Assembly: GCF_004010195.1 (NCBI RefSeq)
Contig: NC_057718.1
Span: forward strand, 42,422,901-42,486,900
Length of the DNA: 64,000 bases
Direction of reading: 5' to 3'
Origin: Chiloscyllium plagiosum
Taxonomy: Eukaryota
Part shown: in pieces, positions 12,446-24,504 of the stretch
Layout: each line of letters starts with the position of its first letter
Position numbering within the stretch: position 1 is the first letter of the stretch
Made by a program: the position numbers and the translations under genes
The notes under the pieces: model-generated
What the model was told of the DNA's origin: nothing
What the model saw: the letters and a program-made list of their open reading frames with translations, nothing else
The model's database searches: none

Positions 12446-13359
12446 AGCAGGTGACTGCCAATCACTGGTTCATTAGTAAAGGCATCTTGAGAAATCACAT
12501 CAAAACTGTCAATCATCATTAATTGATATATCCTTCATGGCATCACCTCCCTCAATCTGTGTCCACTTGCCAGCCAATCACCAGTCTCCTCTCAAACAGT
12601 CTAAATATCGGCTCTCTCTTTAATTGCTGTTGGAAATAGAAAGTTTTGCGGATGGAATTAAATAAGGAAGAAGGGGTGGAGATTCAGTTGAAACATAAAA
12701 TGTTAGACTGGGTGTAATTGCTTTTTGGATTGAATTGCCTGTTTATGTGCTGTATACTCCATGTAATTTAGATAAGAAAACATCTTATAATAAAACTGTA
12801 AATACTTGACAGTTCTATTAAATTAGGCAGTGGGGACGAGGTGTTGGGAAGAAAGGTGAAGAGAAGTGGGATTCTGCTTGGTGCTTAACATGTTCACCTC
12901 TACAAGCTTAAGAGTGTTGGCTGGAGCACGGAGCTCCATAAATTACAGCTATGTCATCAAATGAGTCTTGCACACTGAAGGCTGGCACAATCTGCCTGCT
13001 CTGCATCCTTCCAGTAGATACTAACTGCACAAATGATACTATTTTAAAACTAGGATAGCATCAATAGCACTATTTCTCACAAATACATATGCATGGCTCA
13101 AACAATTCTGGATCAGAATGTGTCCATGAAAATTGGGCACTACCAAACCTAGAGGTATGTTAGCTTGGCTAAATATCCAAATATTTGTATTTAAAATTCC
13201 AGTAGGTTGTAATAAATCCAGATTTTGTCCATAAAATTAAAATTAATTAACATGAAGATTGAAGTTCTTTAAATGAAAATAAAACATCATTCCATTTTTA
13301 ATGCATCTTTGTCAAGAGCTAAGTTAATTAGAATTGCCTAATAGAATCAAGGTCTTTAC

Positions 13360-13441
13360 CTGAACCATGCTTCTGAATTCCATTCTGCTACGATAACCTC
13401 TCCATGTTTTCTGAATGATGATTGCAATTTTCTGCACGTAT
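13360..13441 (-). CDS. SPATA17: SPATA17 coding exon 3 (YVQKIAIIIQKTWRGYRSRMEFRSMVQ), second IQ motif, 82 nt
   Basis: Acceptor TTCTTCAAAAG|, donor CAG|GTAAAG. IQKTWRGY motif similar to the recalled human IIQKWWRSF...TVQ. Phase 2 to 0. Confidence 0.92.
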
Positions 13442-15029
13442 CTTTTGAAGAAAATAGTTTTAACGTTATTAATTTTCTGATAAATTTTATAATCTGAAAA
13501 TTTTCAATTAAAAGTAGCTTTCTTCAAAGGTACCTACCTTACATGATATAGGGCAGCAACATCATATCAGAACAGAAGTTCCCTACAAGAATTCAATAAG
13601 GTGCTACGCTCAATTGCATGCCTTTCTTTGTTGGCACTGTGGTAGGACTTCTGACCGCAGATGAGAACACTACAGAGATAGGTGGGTATGAACATTTATG
13701 CCACTAGCGAGCATGTAAATTTACTATCACCATTGCTTCTTGGCATTATTTTTTGGAGACAGGATCAGCAGCTGAAGAGCCACTTCTGCAAGCAGCGGGA
13801 ATCCATTAAAGGGATTAGAAGTCCCTTTACAGCTGATTGTCAGAAGTAGGTAGAATTTTCTATTTGTCCTACAGGCCCACTGATATGTCTGGGTCTAGGC
13901 CAGAAGACATTGGGGGATGGGGTGGTTGAATTCATAAAATTTGCATGGGTTAAGTTGAGGGTCTCTATTTGCCTGGATTCAACTACATGTCATCACTGGT
14001 GGTGGGGGTTTTCTTTTCACAGCAATGGCCTGGCAGCTAAGCTCTTTCTTTCAATTTCTAAGTTTTAAAATATGCAGAGACAGCACCTCAAAACAGAAGT
14101 GTTCTGTCTCCATCTTTCTAAACTGCAGGCTTAACCTTCTTCCGAGATAAAGAGCAACCTCTTGGCTCTCCAGTTGAAAGCCAACCTGCTTAATTGGATG
14201 GTGAGTCTGCCCTGTGGCTACTAATTGGCCCATTTTTAGGAAAATCAATGCCAAGTGACTGTTACCCCCACAGCGCAGGTTATGACCCCTATTTGACACT
14301 GACATCTGGGTCCTACATCACAGGGGAAAATCCTGTTCGACTCTGTCAATGATGCAGTTTTCCAAGATGCCATGTTACCTCTACTATAACAAGACTGCAA
14401 ACTTAGGGAGAGAAATTTATCCATCAGACATGGAAGCTCTTTTAAAAACAGTGTAAAATTAAACTGAACTCAAGACTGCTGATCCTTTAAAGGAGCACTC
14501 CAACAAATCATTCAAAATGAAAATATTTCATTTTGGATATTTATAATAATAATGCAACCCCTGAAGTAACAACTAGCCCATTCATGTCCTCAAGTGTGCC
14601 CATGGATACTGCAAGCCTCTCCAAGGACGACTGGGAATGTACACAACCACAAATGAAGGGCAGGCAGTCAGACTAACCATACTCCTCAGTTGCCCGCTAC
14701 CAGGATCTGTTTGTCGCCACCTTGACTAGGCCTGGAGCAGATTAGTGAGGAGGTCCCAGTTAATTGTGGAAAGATTGCTAATGTAATTGTCATGAATTGA
14801 TGCCATTTTGTAGATTGATATATTGTGTTTTAAGTTTATAACCAGTAAAGTGTTTCTTTTCAGTTTGGTAAACACTTCATTTAAACTACTATTTTCTTCC
14901 CCAGTTTTACTCCTTGTATTCTTTTCGTACTGCACGTCCTTCTTGGCTAAAAGGATAGGTTAGAGAACAACCACTTGTCATTTTGGTCTCTAGGTCCCAA
15001 CCACTGGCAGTTTGTGATTGGACCCACCA

Positions 15030-15790
15030 ACTTTACCATGCTAGGTAACATCATCACTGAGCCTCCAATGAAGTGTTGGTGTTCTGCCGTGCTTGCTATT
15101 TCTCTATCTGTCTTGGTTTGTTGTGGTATTTGATATCAATTGCGGTTCTGTTTCTGAGAGGTTGGTAAATATGTTTGTGAATGGAGTTCTAGTTTGGACG
15201 CTAGGAATTCCCTTGTGTGTCTTTGTTTAGTTGTCCCAGGATCATTGTCCCAGTTGAACTAGTGTCCCTCTTTGTCTGTGTGTATGGATAGCAGTGACAG
15301 TTGGTGGCTTTTGATGGCTAGTGGGTGTTCATGTATCCTGGTGGTTTCCTGCCCGTTTGTCCAACGTAATGTTTGTTGTAGTCCTTGTAGGGTATTTTGT
15401 ATATGACGTTCATTCCGCTGGTTGTTGGTGTGGGGACCGGAGTAGTCTGGTCATCATCTCAGAGAGGTCTTTGATGTATGGCAGGGTGGATAAACTGTCT
15501 GGGCGTGTTATGTCTTCTTGTTTGGGTCTGTTGTGCAGGAATCGGTGGACTGTGCTTATCGGTTGTTGTTCCTGAATACGATGTTTATCAATAAACATCA
15601 CCCTAGTCAAAGAAACACTGGCCTCACTGCTAGATGAACCAAGGACACAAACACCTGACAGCACCAACTCCATCAGCAAGGACAGAATCCTCAAACTAGT
15701 AGACCTGTGCCTCACAACCAACTTCACCTTCAATGACAAGATCTGTAAACAAATCAATGGGACACCTATGGGATCACCAATATCAGGACC
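15030..15790. mobile_element. PLE family B remnant: GIY-YIG/3' part on minus, joined to an RT fragment on plus
   Basis: Minus strand NVIYKIP…HYVGQTGRK. Plus strand LKLVDLCLTTNFTFNDKICKQINGTPMGSPISG (15690-15790). Confidence 0.8.
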
Positions 15791-15894
15791 TTATAGAAGA
15801 TAGAGAGTTGGGATAAGGAATCATTTTTACGTCTGCAACCTGCAAATAGTACAGTGCCACAGGAATTAGTGCTGAGGCCACAATTATTTGTAAC

Positions 15895-16360
15895 AATGAC
15901 TTGGGTAAAGAAAGTGAGTGCACTCGAGCCAAGTTTGGGGAGGAACAAAATAGGTGGGATGACAAGTAATGAGGATGACATAAAGAGTCTGCAGAGGGAT
16001 AAAGACAGGTTAAGTGAGTAGTAACAAACTAGTCAGATGAATATAAAGGGAAAATGTGAGGTTTTGCATTTTAGCAGGAAAACTAGATGACCAGTAAACA
16101 GCTTAAAATTGAGAAGGAATGCAGTAAGTCACAAAACAGAAGGGTTTCAGAGTGCTCATTCATGAATCAAAAAAAACTTGCCTCTAAATTCAGCAGGAAA
16201 TAAGGAAGACAAATGGAATGTTACCCTGTATTTCAAAGGGAATGGAATATAAATGTTGGAAGGTTTTGCTAAAAATATGCAAGGCTCCAGTCAAACTAGA
16301 GCTGGCATACCATGAACGGTTTCAGGCCCCTTATCTAAGGAAAGAAATATTGGCATGTAG
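15895..16360 (+). mobile_element. Degenerate CR1 RT fragment
   Basis: SLQRDKDRLS and GMEYKCWKVLL…P…RK motifs resembling CR1 ORF2. Confidence 0.6.
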
Positions 16361-17865
16361 AAGAGCTGTTGAAGAGCTTATGCTCAAACTGTCAATTCTC
16401 TAGCTCCTCGGATGCTGCCTGACTGGCTGTGCTTTTCCAGCACCACACTCAACTCTCCCCATATTCCCAACTTTACCAATACCATCAAGGTAAGGAAGCA
16501 ACTTTGTACAGTGAACAAGATAGGATATGCCAGAAACAGAAATAGCCAGACATAAAAATGAGCTATCAACTTCGAAGCGACAACATATCTGTGTGCCAAA
16601 TATCATATGCAGCAAGTAATAGACAGATCTAAGCGATTCCACAGCACATGGGCCAGATCTAAGTTCTACAGTCCTGCCACATTGGGCAGGAAAGTTTGTG
16701 GACAACTAAACAACTCAAGTATTGCCAACTTCAATAATGGGACAGCTTAGCACATCGGTGCAAAAAGTAAAGCTGGAGCATTTGCTACAATCTTCATCTA
16801 GAAGTTCCGCCTGGATGACCTATCTTGACCTTCTCCAGAGCACCCTGGCATCACAGATGCCAGGTTTCAGCCAATTCAGTTCACTTCATTTTGAATCAAG
16901 AAACTGCTGGATACACTCGATACTATAAAGACTTTATGCCCTGACAATATTCTGGCAATAGTACTAGGTGGATTAGCACTAGGAAATACAGGGTTACAGG
17001 GATAGGTTAGGGGTTGGGTCCAGGTGGGATGCTCTTCAGAGGATCATTGTGGACTTGATAGGCTTGAATGGCCTGTTCCCACAGCGTAGGGATTTTATGA
17101 TTCTATGAATTGTGTAGCAGTTAAAATCAGGGATGCGCAAAATGAGTGCTTAGCAGTGCTGGAAGAAAAAAGAAAAAGGAGGCTGTGGAGGAATTTGAAA
17201 ATAAGGTGATGGGGTGCTGATTAAGGGATGACATGAGGCTGAGGCTATCTAAAACTCCACTGCATAAGTTTGGAGAGAGCAAAATGTGAGACGCCAGCCA
17301 AAAGTATATTGGAATAGACAAATCTTGAGGCAACAAGAAAGATAAGTTGGGACAAACATGACGTCAGGTGATGTTACAAAAGGTCTTAATGATGGTATGA
17401 ACATATGGCCAGAAGCTCATCTTGGGTCAAACATGGCTTGAGCAAGGTTGCAAATAGACTGGTTTAGCCTCAGACTCTTGCCAGGAACAGAGACGGACTT
17501 AGTACTTTGGAAATAGAGCTTTATTGGGGACTGAAAACAATGGTTACAATCTTCCCACTATTTAATAAAGAAAAGTTTTGGTCATTCCGTTGCGGATGTC
17601 AGATAAGCAGTCTGATAACTTAGCAACATTAGAGGTGGAAGTGATGGTGATGAGATAGAACTAGGTGCCATCACTGCATTTGGGAAAACTAAGGCCTTTT
17701 GGATTTTGTTGCCAAGGGGCAACTTGTAGATGAGGAATAAGAGGTGGTGAAGGATAGATCATTGAGGGCACACAAAATAATTTTGTGGGAACAGTAAGGA
17801 GAAGATATTGCAAACAAAACTTTGGCTGTTTATTAGATTAAAAAGCATGGAAGCTGATGAGAAAC

Positions 17866-18190
17866 TGGGCGGCACGGTGGCAACGTGGTTAGCACTGCTG
17901 TCTCACAGTGTCAGAGACACGGGTTCAATTCCCGCCTCAGGCGACTGACTGTGTGGAATTTGCACATTCTCCCAGTGTCTGCGTGGGTTTCCTCCGGGTA
18001 CTCCCGTTTCCTCCCACAGTCCAAAAATGTGCAGGTTAGGTGAATTGGCCAAGCTAAATTGTCCGTAGTGTTAGGAGAAGGGGTAAATATAGGGGAATGG
18101 GTGTGGGTGGATTGCGCTTTGGCGGGTCGGTGTGGACTTGTTGGGCCAAAGGGCCTGTTTCCACACTAAGTAATCTAATCTAATCTAAAA
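17866..18190 (+). mobile_element. Full-length HE1-type shark SINE
   Basis: Head GGCGGCACGGTGGC…TGGTTAGCAC, B box GGTTCAATTCC, core TTTGCACATTCTCCC…GGGTTTCCTCC, CR1-like tail ending (TAATC)n. Confidence 0.9.
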
Positions 18191-20741
18191 AAAAACAGTC
18201 TCTCCAAGCTGGACAACAATGTCGAGTTTTTGAAGAAGATGGTGAGATCAATAATGTTGAAAGCTGCAAAACAGGAGGCCAAGCAGGCTTTTTTATTTAA
18301 CTATTAAGAAGGGCTTGATGAAGTGAACAGGGAAGAACAATTTCCTTTGATTGTGGAGTGTAATCAATTTAAAATTGTGAGTATGACAGGGAAAAGAATG
18401 CTTTGAAAAATTCTCTTTACACTGCAGGTTGGTTTTACAAGAACAAACATTTATGTCAGAGACCATCATATCTTTTAAAAGAAAATAATAAATATTTGAA
18501 GTGGATATGAATGCAGGGAAATTTGGAAAAAAACTAATGAGATTAGTTCTGGATTGCACCAAAAATTCAAAAATGACAAACTTCTGTGATTCTACACTGC
18601 AAGTTATTTTCATGATCTTTCAATTTAAGGACAGTAAGTGTTGGAAATATCCAACAGGTCACCTGTGAGGAGGTACAATCTTAACATTTCAAATTTGTGA
18701 CCTTTTATTATAATTGAGGAAAGTGAACAAAGTAGTAGTTTTTGATTAATTGAAAGGTGGGGTGGGTGAGAAGAACAACAAAACAGAAGGTCTGCCATAG
18801 GTTAGAGGGCAGGAGAGATTAAATGACAAAAGGTCATATTGTACAAAAGCCAAAGAAATTGGAATAGCAAGTAAATTTAAAGGGTCAAAAGTGTATGGAT
18901 GAGACATGAGTGGCTGAATAACAGCCTGCAGAATGCAAAGTAAAGGAACAAAGAAACAAGAGAAAATAAAATGCAGCATTAAGGTAGACGTAATGATTAA
19001 GAATTGCTGAACTCAATATTAAGTGCAAAAGACAGAGTGAAAAATGTGATGCTGTCCTCAACCTTAAGCTGAGCTTCTGTAGAACACTGTGCAGGTCAAG
19101 GACTGAAATAGAGTTGGTGCAAAGTGGAGAATTTAACTGTTAACAGGCAGGAAGCTGGGGGTCATGCTTGCAAAAAGTTTGATTTCACCAAAATAAAGCA
19201 GACCGCCAAACAGATAGCGAATATTCCATGCTAGTTGAAAGGATTATGTAAATTGTTGTTTCACTTGGAAGAAGCATTTCGCTTGGAAGAAGCATTACTG
19301 CATCAAATGTTGCAGTAGAAAATAAACTATACATGCCAGAAATGGTCAGAAGGTTAGATAGCATCGGTGAAAAGAAACTATTTCACGTTTAAGTTATGGA
19401 ATCATTCATTGGAACTGACGAAAGTTAGAAATATGACAAATGATGTCTGGCTGGGTGGGAGGAGAAGAGAAAATAAAAAAGAAGCTCTGTAATAGTGTGG
19501 ATAACCTTTATGAGTTTTGAGACGTGGTATTATGTCTGTATTTTACCCTTGTAGATGCTAATCAATCCTGCTTATCTTTCCATTGTTTTATTAGACCCCG
19601 GGCATGAATTCAAAGTATTAAAAAATCTGAACATCAAGATTTGAAAGGAAAGTAACTCCTTAGGACAGTGTGCAAATGCACCAGACTATCATGGTTTTCC
19701 AAAAAGTGATAATCAGTGTTAAACCACTTCTACTTATCGTTTTTTTATACCAATTAAATTCACATTAAATTTTAGGACAAATGTTCAAAATACACAATTT
19801 AATCAATACCCTGCTCAAGAAAAGACACTCAATTCTTTCTTCCACATTAATTAATTATATAAATCAGATGCAAAAGTCACAAACTGGATTTGAACAAAAG
19901 GTAGAGATGACCAAGTATAACTGCAAATTCTAAAATTTTAAATTTTCAAAATTAATATCTGGTCCAAATTTAGTCCTAAATCTTTTATAGTTTAGGATAT
20001 CTGTCGATCTCATTTATTTGTATATGAATCAGATCATTAATGATGAGACATCTCCATAACATGAACTCTAAGCATCAAATCGCTATATGTATACTTGAAA
20101 GGGCTGTACAGAAGCATTGCTCTCTTTATTTAAATTCTTGTTGGTAAAACTACTTTTGCTGCATCTTTTTTAGCAGCACACAGTACCAGTGTCATTTTTG
20201 CCTTGTTGGTCTACATGATGGCTCTTCACGTGTCTGTTTATACTGATGCATTTGTTAATAATCTAATTTATATGCAGCTATGATTGCCTTGAATTCCAGG
20301 GTCTGCAAAGCAAAGATCAGAGGTGATAGATTTGTACATTTGCACCTTAGAAATTCCATTCAAACCAGCCTTCTATACTTTGCCTGTATATATGAAATTC
20401 CAGAGGATGCCACAACAATGTTACTGACGTTCCTGCAGCTAGACTGGGCAAAGCAATTCCAAAATATAGATGGCTCTGTCATAGGTTGAGGAGCTTTTAA
20501 GTGAGCTTTATGCACTAGAATCCTTTTCAGATAAATGTGAGGCAGCTATAGTCACATCATATGGCATAGATGTGCAGTGTTTATAATTAATGTAGCTGCG
20601 GAGATTTATATTAGAAAAATGTTAAAATGAAGTGTGACAAAAGCTTGATAAACATGAAGCAAGGTATTGGATACGGTAAAGGTACATTAATAGATTATGA
20701 TTGTTGAAATACTGATTTAGGTTTAATTAGGTTGACTGTAC

Positions 20742-20831
20742 CTGATATGTGCTCGAATCTTAAACCCTCTGAAACAGCTTTGGATTTTCACAGCAGCGCA
20801 ATGTTCTCGTAATCGGTTTTCTTCTGCAATG
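20742..20831 (-). CDS. SPATA17: SPATA17 coding exon 2 (IAEENRLREHCAAVKIQSCFRGFKIRAHI), first IQ motif, 90 nt
   Basis: Acceptor TTTTTTAG|, donor AG|GTACAG. IQxxxRG motif matching the recalled human AAVKIQSWFRGCQVRAYIR. Phases 2/2 are consistent. Confidence 0.93.
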
Positions 20832-21060
20832 CTAAAAAATAATATTGGTTATGGATACATTATAGCAAGATGGAAGAACCAAATTGCTTTGCTTATATAA
20901 TAAAAAAATAATTTTTTTTTAGAAAATCTCCCAAAATAACAAAAGAAACATTATTTTAAAGCTAGAAATTGCTGGAAACTCTTAGCGGGTGTTGGTATTG
21001 AGTCATAGAGCTAAACAGCATGGAAACACATTCTACAGTTCAATTTGTCCATGTCAACCA

Positions 21061-21564
21061 TAAGTAAGCACGTAGCCTTCTATGTGACACATTTGCTGCA
21101 GAGAATGCGAGAAAGTGCTTGTTCAAAAGAACCAGTGACATGTATTCTTAGTGTCAATGGATCGGTGTAAATCAGTTGATAACATTTATTCACTTGTGGA
21201 ATGTGTGGCAGTACTTCCTTCTCACACCAGAGGCTGGAGGTGTGCATATTTCACAGTAGAGTGTCGGATAACTAAATTGCTGGTTTATATCAAAGACTCT
21301 TAACAAAACACATACTCAGAAGGAAAAGAATTTATAATTTAATAAGCTGAGTGGAATATGTACGTAATAGAACAATCCTGATACATTTTCATGTATACCA
21401 CACTGAACTGACTGCTCTGGGAAGTGAATGTCTCATCACCCTTACAGGCTAGGAGAACACAAAGGCTGAAAATTGGAAGATGTTCATGTGTGAGTGAGAG
21501 AGAAAACAGTTTTATGTAAATGACATTCACTGACTGAAGGGTTCAAGGGACACAGAGACACAAA

Positions 21565-21595
<31 letters not shown>

Positions 21596-22343
21596 TCATG
21601 ACGAAAGCTGGTGGAAAGTTTAACTAGTTATAGTCTGATTTGAGTAAACACTGGCTTGTAATGGATTGAATGTTGTGTGTTGTTCCCTGGACCCCGAGAT
21701 CCGGGAATGTTATGAATTTAATTTGCATTCTGGGAATCTAAGATGATTGTAAAAGAAAAAGCCATTTTGTAGGACAATGAAACTGGACATGTTAACTGAG
21801 CAAGATTACCTCATGACCATTTCCGCATAATTTAGACTAGTCTCTCGTTATAATGTACTAGCCAAAATTGACCATCTGGCCTGACTTGGTCCAGGGTTCC
21901 CACTTTGATGTGCATGTAGCTTAATTAGTCAAGCGTACTCAGACCTGTCAATGAGTTTCTCTTCCTCTGCAAACTTTTGCCATTTTATTGCTGCTTATCT
22001 GATTAATGACATGTGTTTTTGTAATTTTAATACCAACTTCTGTATAAAAATAGCTCGTTGGCAACAATAAGGGGAGTAGCCGGAGAGAGCTCTTAGGGAT
22101 AAGGGATGTGCTGCTACTCTACAAAGGATTTAGAACCTTAGCTCAAGCCTGGCTTGTAGGTATCTTTATTACAGTGTAACATTGATGCCATTGGTAAATA
22201 AAGGTAATAATTTAAACTAAATGGTCTGGAAGAGTTTTACATTCCAGATTACCACAGAGTACGATCTCTGGGACGAATCAAGAGAGGATACCGATAGAGT
22301 CCATCAGGGATTCCCTGAGCCATCTCGAATAGGTACTTTAACA
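21061..22343 (+). mobile_element. About 1.28 kb solo-LTR-like insertion splitting a CR1 tail
   Basis: CR1 sequence …CCATGTCAACCA stops at 21060 and resumes ACCAGATATCC at 22344 (4-bp ACCA duplication). Internal TATAAAA near 22043 and AATAAA near 22197. Ends …TTAACA. Contains a (GA)n/(CA)n tract at about 21555-21595. Confidence 0.6.
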
Positions 22344-23520
22344 ACCAGATATCCTAAATCATCTTGTTCCATTTTCTAGCAATTGGTCCATATCTCTCTA
22401 AACCCCTCTTATTCATATATCCACTCAGATGCCTTTTAAATGTCATAACTGTACCAGCCTCCACCACTTCCTCTTGCAGCCTATTCCATACATGCACCAC
22501 CCTCTGCATGAAAAAGTTGCCCTTTAGGTCCTGTTTAAATCTTTCCTCTCTCATCTTAAACCTATGTCCTCCAGTTTAGGACACCCCCGCCCCAGGGAAA
22601 AGACTTTGGCTATTCACCGTCTCCATGCCCCTCATGATTTTATAATCTCCATAAGATCACCCCTCAGCTTCCGACACTCCAGGGGAAATAGCCCCAGCAC
22701 ATTCAGCCATTCTCTATAGTTCAACCCCTTCAACCTCTGACAACATCCTTGTAAATTTTTTCAGAACCTTTGAAGTTTCACAACATCCTTTTGATAGGAG
22801 GGAGACCAGAATTACACATACTATTCCAAAGGTGGCCTAACTAATGTCCTGAAGTTGCAGCAAGACCGCCTAACTCCTATACTCAATGCACTGACCAAGA
22901 AAGGCAAACATGCCTAATGCCTTCTTCACTATCCCGTCTACTTGGAACTTCACTTTCAAGGAATTATGAATCTGCACTCCAAAGTCTCCTTGTTCAGCAC
23001 CACTGACAAGGCCCTTACTATGTGTTGGAGGAGTTGAGCTATAGGGAGAGGTTGAACAGGCTGGGGCTGTTTTCCCTGGAGCATCGGAGGCTGAGGGGTG
23101 ACCTTATAGAGGTTTATAAAATCATGAGGGGCATTGATAGGATAAATAGACAAAGTCTTTTCCCTGGGGGTGGGGGAGCATAGGTTTAGGGTGAGAGGGG
23201 AAAGATATAAAAGAGATCTAAGGGGCAACTTTTTCATGCAGAGGATGGTATGTGTAAGGAATGAGCTGCCAAAGGTAGTGGAGGCTGGTACAATTGCAAC
23301 ATTTAAAAGGCATCTGGATGGGTATATGAATAGGAAGGGTTTGGAGGGATATGGAGGGATAGGTGTTGGCAGGTGGGATTAGATTGGGTTGGGATTCTGG
23401 TTGGCATGGACAAGTTGGACAGAAGGGTCTGTTCCAGGCTGTGCACCTCTATGACTATGACTATGACTCCATGTAAGTCCTGCCCTGATATGCTTTTCCA
23501 AAATGCAACACCTCACATTT
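22344..23520 (-). mobile_element. CR1 LINE 3' region (tail at 20998-21060) with a second, plus-strand CR1 3' end nested at about 23025-23470
   Basis: ORF-track peptides GNFFMQRVVHVWNRL (minus) and GNFFMQRMVCVRNEL (plus). Tail (CTATGA)n at 23448-23468. Confidence 0.85.
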
Positions 23521-23521
23521 A

Positions 23522-24500
23522 TGATTTTTGAGAAGATTTGTTGCTCAGGTTGAGGTTCAGGTTTTATGTTTGTTCACTAAGCTGGCAGGTTTATTTTCAG
23601 GCATTTTGTCACCATGCTACGTAACGTCATCAGTGAGCCTCTGGTGAAGCGCTGGTGTTCTGTCCCACTTTCTGTTTGCATCATGATCTCTTAAGGTGGG
23701 TGGTATCATCTCCGGTTCTTTTTCTCAGAGGTTGATAAATGGGGTCCAAATCTATTTGTTTGGAGTTCTGATTTGAATACCAGGTCTCAAGAAATTCCTG
23801 TGCGTGTCTTTGTTTAGCCTGTCCCAGATGGATGTATTGCCCCATTCGAACTGGTGTCTCTCTCTTTGTCTGTGTGTATGGATACTAGTGATAGTTGGTT
23901 ATGATATTTGGTGGCTAGTTGGTGCTCATGTATCCTGGTGGCTAGTTTTCTGCCTGTCTGTCCGATTGTAACATTTGCTACAGTCCTTGTCTGGTATTTT
24001 GTAAATGACGTATGTTTTGTTGGTTTGGTATATAGTCCTTTAGGTTAATCAGTAGCTGTTTCAAAATGGTGGTAGGTTTGTGGGCTACCATGATGCCTAG
24101 GGGTCAGAGCAGTCTGGTAATCATCGCCGAGATGTCTTTGTATGGTAGTGTGACTAGAGTTTCTGGGCATGTTGTCTACTTGTTTCATTTGTTATTCAAG
24201 TATCGGTGGACTGTGGTTCTTGGGTGCTGCAGTGTGTTGTGACCCATTTAAATAATGTCCTGATGCAGCTCCATTTGTGGGTGTTGGGATGATTGCTTCT
24301 GTAGTTAAGTATTTGATGTGTGTGTTGTCTTCCTGTAGACACTGGTCTGCAATTCCCCATTAACTGTTCATTCCACTCTGACATCTAATCTGTTGTTGTT
24401 CTCCTCCTATTTTGTGAAATTTATGCCAGTAAGGATGTTGTTGATGATGTTGTCAGTTTTCTCAAACTTGTTTTGTTTTGTGATGACAAAGGTGTATTCA
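23522..24500 (-). mobile_element. PLE family B, 5'-truncated (RT C-terminus, GIY-YIG, terminal repeat)
   Basis: QILNYRSNHPNTHKWSCIRTLF. Homologous to 15030-15580 and 35320-35650. Confidence 0.8.
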
Positions 24501-24504
24501 GATA

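Noticed and set aside
17866..17940. tRNA gene (also the tRNA-like heads near 2590, 8570, 53375 and 58130)
   Set aside because: These are SINE heads without a complete cloverleaf, continuing into SINE body sequence or decayed.
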